From the NCBI RefSeq assembly GCF_000143415.4, contig NW_003314283.1, positions 88,407 to 152,406 on the forward strand: DNA of 64,000 nt. The letters are read 5' to 3'. The first letter of the stretch is position 1. Each line of letters begins with the position of its first letter. This document shows positions 60,522 to 64,000 of this stretch, piece after piece. Source of the DNA: Selaginella moellendorffii. Lineage: Eukaryota > Plantae > Lycopodiophyta. The translations under genes were made by a program, and so were the position numbers. A model generated the notes under the pieces. That model saw only the letters and a list, made by a program, of their open reading frames with translations. It ran no database searches and was not told the DNA's origin.

Positions 60522-63300
60522 CTGCTATGGAATTCAAAATTTCGTTTGTGAAAGGAATAGGGAACATATCTTTTTTTGTTGCATCATTTAGCTTTTTGTA
60601 ATTCACACAAACTCGTAATTTGCCATTTTTGTTAGGCACAATTATAAGTGGTGAAAGCCATTGAGCATTCTGGATTGGATATATAGATCCTACTTAAAGA
60701 AGTTTATCAATTTCTTCCTTGACTTTACCTTGGTAATTAGGATTCATTCTATAGGGCATCTACCTTTTAGACATATTTCCCAAAAGTATCTCAATACGAT
60801 GCGTACAGAGTTCTAGAGGGATGCCTTTTTAAGTTGTGTAAGACCAAGTAAAAATGTCCTTGTAGTCTTTTAGTAGATTTATGATCTAATTGTGAAATTA
60901 ATTTTGCAATCCTTGAGCAATTGTGATAGTATGAAAATTATTCTTATTTGCTAAATTAATTTTCTCAAATGGCTGATCACAAGAAATATGTGAAACATAG
61001 TTTCTCTCTTGATCAATTTTATAGGTAGGACCCTCCTTTAAAGAGAAATCTCTTATAGCTAAACCAATCTCTAGTCTAAGAGCTTCTTACCTAGGTACTT
61101 CTTTGAGTATTAAATAAAGATTAACTTCTAAAATTAGCTTAATTTTAGGGAAAGCTTCTAAGATTTATTGTTCTTGGAAATCATCTTGGCTTTCCTTCCA
61201 ATCATAAGATTGAGTTTTGAAGAGTTGATCTTTCTTTTTCAACTGTATGGTGGAAATAATGGGCATAGATCTTTTTTTGTTGCCCTACTCTATACACAAG
61301 AAACCATTTATTCAGTCTTGGTTTGTGTGAGCAATTTTTAGCCAAGGTTTGCTTAATAGTGTTTTGTAGATAAAATCTTATCATGTTATGTTAAGCATGA
61401 AATAATTAGGTTTATACTTTAGGCCAACCACATTGGTTAAGACATTTCTAATAATTTCAATGGGCTTAACACTTCGGTCATCTATTATTCATACATTAAA
61501 TGGGGCTAGTTGAATTAGCTTTAGGCCTAATTCTTTGCAAATGCTCTCTTCTAGAATATTTACGCTTAAGCCACTATTGATGAGAGTTCTAGATAATAGA
61601 TTCTTGCTAATCTTTATATCAATTGTAGGAACTTCATCATCACAATCCCCTAGCTCAATTACAATGGCTACAGATGGCATTAAAATTTCTTTTTTTTTAG
61701 GCAAAAGCTTTCTAAACAATACAGCTTTAAGGTAAGGTGCTATGGTGAGAAGTTGGCCTAAAGTGAGTGTAATTCTAGCATTTAAAATGCCTTTCACTAC
61801 TTTCTTTTCATCTTTACTATCTAGCTTTAGTATAGGATTTTCCTTTTGCACTAGTGGTGAATTCATATTAGCTTGTAAATGCATAAGACTTTTTGTGTTA
61901 AAATCACCATTCTCTAAATCAACTTGTGGTTATAAACCTTGGAGTTGTTAAATAATTTTTACACTGATATTTTTCTTTTGGCACTATTAAGAGTTAGGGA
62001 TGATTTTTACTTTATCATCATTCCCTTTATCTTGGCTTTCAAATTCAATTTTTCTTTATTAGGCTCTAATTATGACACAAATGCTAGGTAGTTTTTTTGT
62101 ATCTAACCATTTTATCTCAACATGCCTAATTGCAAATTGTATATCCTTAGGGGGCCAACCATTCTTGCTTGATGATTTAGCTTTATGGCCTAGGATAGCG
62201 AGGAGTTTTAGCTTGATCATACTCTTTTAGCCTTTTATATTCTCTAGACATATTGTAATTTCTTGATTGATCATATTCTCTAGGCTGATTATAGTCTTTA
62301 GGCCTATTTTCTTCATGGCTAAGTGGATAATCTCAAAAATTACCCCTAGGTGAATAATCCTAATGGTCATCCTGCCTTTTAGCACACGGGTATTCATGTT
62401 TGGCATTTTGATTATCATTGTAATTATTCTTTCTATGATAAATTCTATTGTCAAATGGATAGTTTTGCCTATGTGTTGTTTTATCAACTCAAGCTGCCTA
62501 TTAGCCTCCTAATTGTTTAAATAACATTTTATATTCCTTAGCTGTATGCCTTTTTTTTCACAAATTTGGCATTTGATCAGCTAAAATTTGCATTCTTTTT
62601 TGCTAGAGCCTTCATTTTTACATTTGGTACACCAAATCCTTTGTTTGAAATTGGTTTGCAATTTGAGGCTTTTAAGATGATTGGTTTCCTTGTTTATAGG
62701 AATTATATTTTTATTTGACTTCACTATATCTACCATGTTATATTATTTTATGAGATCTTAGTAGGTAATCATGGCTTTTTTCAAGTCATTAAAATTTATA
62801 TAACCTCTCTTTATCACATGTTCACAATAAATTTTCTTGAGGCTTTGTATATATAAGCATAAGTGGATTTTGTTTGACACTAAATTTTTACAATGATTAT
62901 AACACTTGTTAAATCGAGTTGCATATTCCTCAATTATTTCAGATTTTCCTTAATAAAATTTTAATAAAGTTTTTGCAATTCATCATAGTTTTTTCCTGGG
63001 TTTGTATAATGAAAAAAGTTTTAAAGAAAAACTGTGTTTGTTCATCAAATGTGCCAAATTTTTTGACATTATTGTCATAGTAACAATCTTTGCCTTTGTT
63101 TTTGAGTGTATAGGGGAAAAGATTTTTTTCCTACCCATTTGTTTGATTAAGCTTAATTACTTTTATATATTGCTTAATATGTAGTTGTGGGTCTTTTTTT
63201 TTAATTCTAGAAAAGGATGGATATGTGATGATGGTGTCTACTACTGTTTTTGCAATTGCCATTATATTCATTATAATTTGATAGGAAATGCTTTATTTTG
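60522..63300 (-). mobile_element. Degenerate Ty3/Gypsy gag-protease-RT N-terminus
   Basis: Minus strand WLSPLIIVPNKNGKLRVCVNYKKLND (~60590-60665), protease LINSGLSVNIL and ITLTLGQLLTIAPYLK (ORF 61489-61884). Heavily decayed. Confidence 0.75.
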
Positions 63301-64000
63301 CAACTAATATAGGGGTAAGAGGGTAAGGGTTGCAAATTTAGCTTTTCTTCCTGTTATGGGGAATCATTCTAGTTGTTTTATGTTTTACTACTCTCAGCTA
63401 AAGTAAAGGCATTTTCTATGTGCCGATGCTGCCAAAGACGAGTAGTGTATAGATTCATGAATTCTAAATGATTGCCAAAGTCATATTGGGATTTCTAATC
63501 TCCTCTTCGTTGAGGTGTACTCAATATGCTTTCAGCTTGCTTTCTTTCAAGCTTTTCTCTAGTTTGGTTGAGCAATGATTTAGTCTATTCTAAAGGGAGG
63601 TCAAGATTGCAAATATCATGAACAAGTGCTCTGTAATCTCATTTTAGATCTTGTGAATATTTCTTTTCAGACTACTTTCCACTCATCAAATTATGAGGGA
63701 AATGTTGTATATCCTTGTTTAGTATAAACAATGATAATTTTATGCATAAGGATTATGCCCTCTAAAGCCTTATAGGTAAAATCAATTATTGGTCTATGCT
63801 TATATATTTCAAGGTTTATTGGTGTTGCTACTATGGCAAACTTAGTTTATTATGCCTTGTTCATGGAGTGAGTGGTATAAGGTTTTGGTATACAATATAT
63901 TCCCTTTGTAGATTGGCCTATCAGTCACTCTTAAAAGCAAACACTTAATTTCCCAATTAATTTTGAAATGGGGATGACTTTCCTCTAGAGGCCAAATGTC

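Overview
Eukaryotic plant DNA, most likely a lycophyte such as Selaginella. This is an inference from the 40-70 nt introns, the PPR style and a Tat-type Gypsy element with an extra RNase H before RT. Host genes that look intact: a PLS-type PPR (5' end probably outside the window), glucuronokinase, an LRR receptor-like protein, an MTP6-like cation diffusion facilitator and an F-box protein. Pseudogene fragments lie between them (LRR, PPR, F-box, and a family I recall mainly from fungi). Most of the rest is nested, decayed transposons: Gypsy/Tat elements, a complete non-autonomous LTR element with TSD, solo LTRs, LINE remnants and a Cassandra-like TRIM with 5S rRNA-derived LTR segments. The top candidate for an undescribed system is a ~12.8 kb DNA transposon (18114-30946) with short TIRs and a CTCAC direct repeat. 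It carries a Mutator-like DDE/SWIM transposase, a divergently transcribed intron-containing gene fusing a ParB-like domain to a beta-class N4C/N6A DNA methyltransferase-like domain, a duplicated zinc-finger-like gene, and a CpG-preserving GC-rich repeat island. This copy is decayed by stops and frameshifts. All calls come from manual reading and motif recognition; no searches were run.
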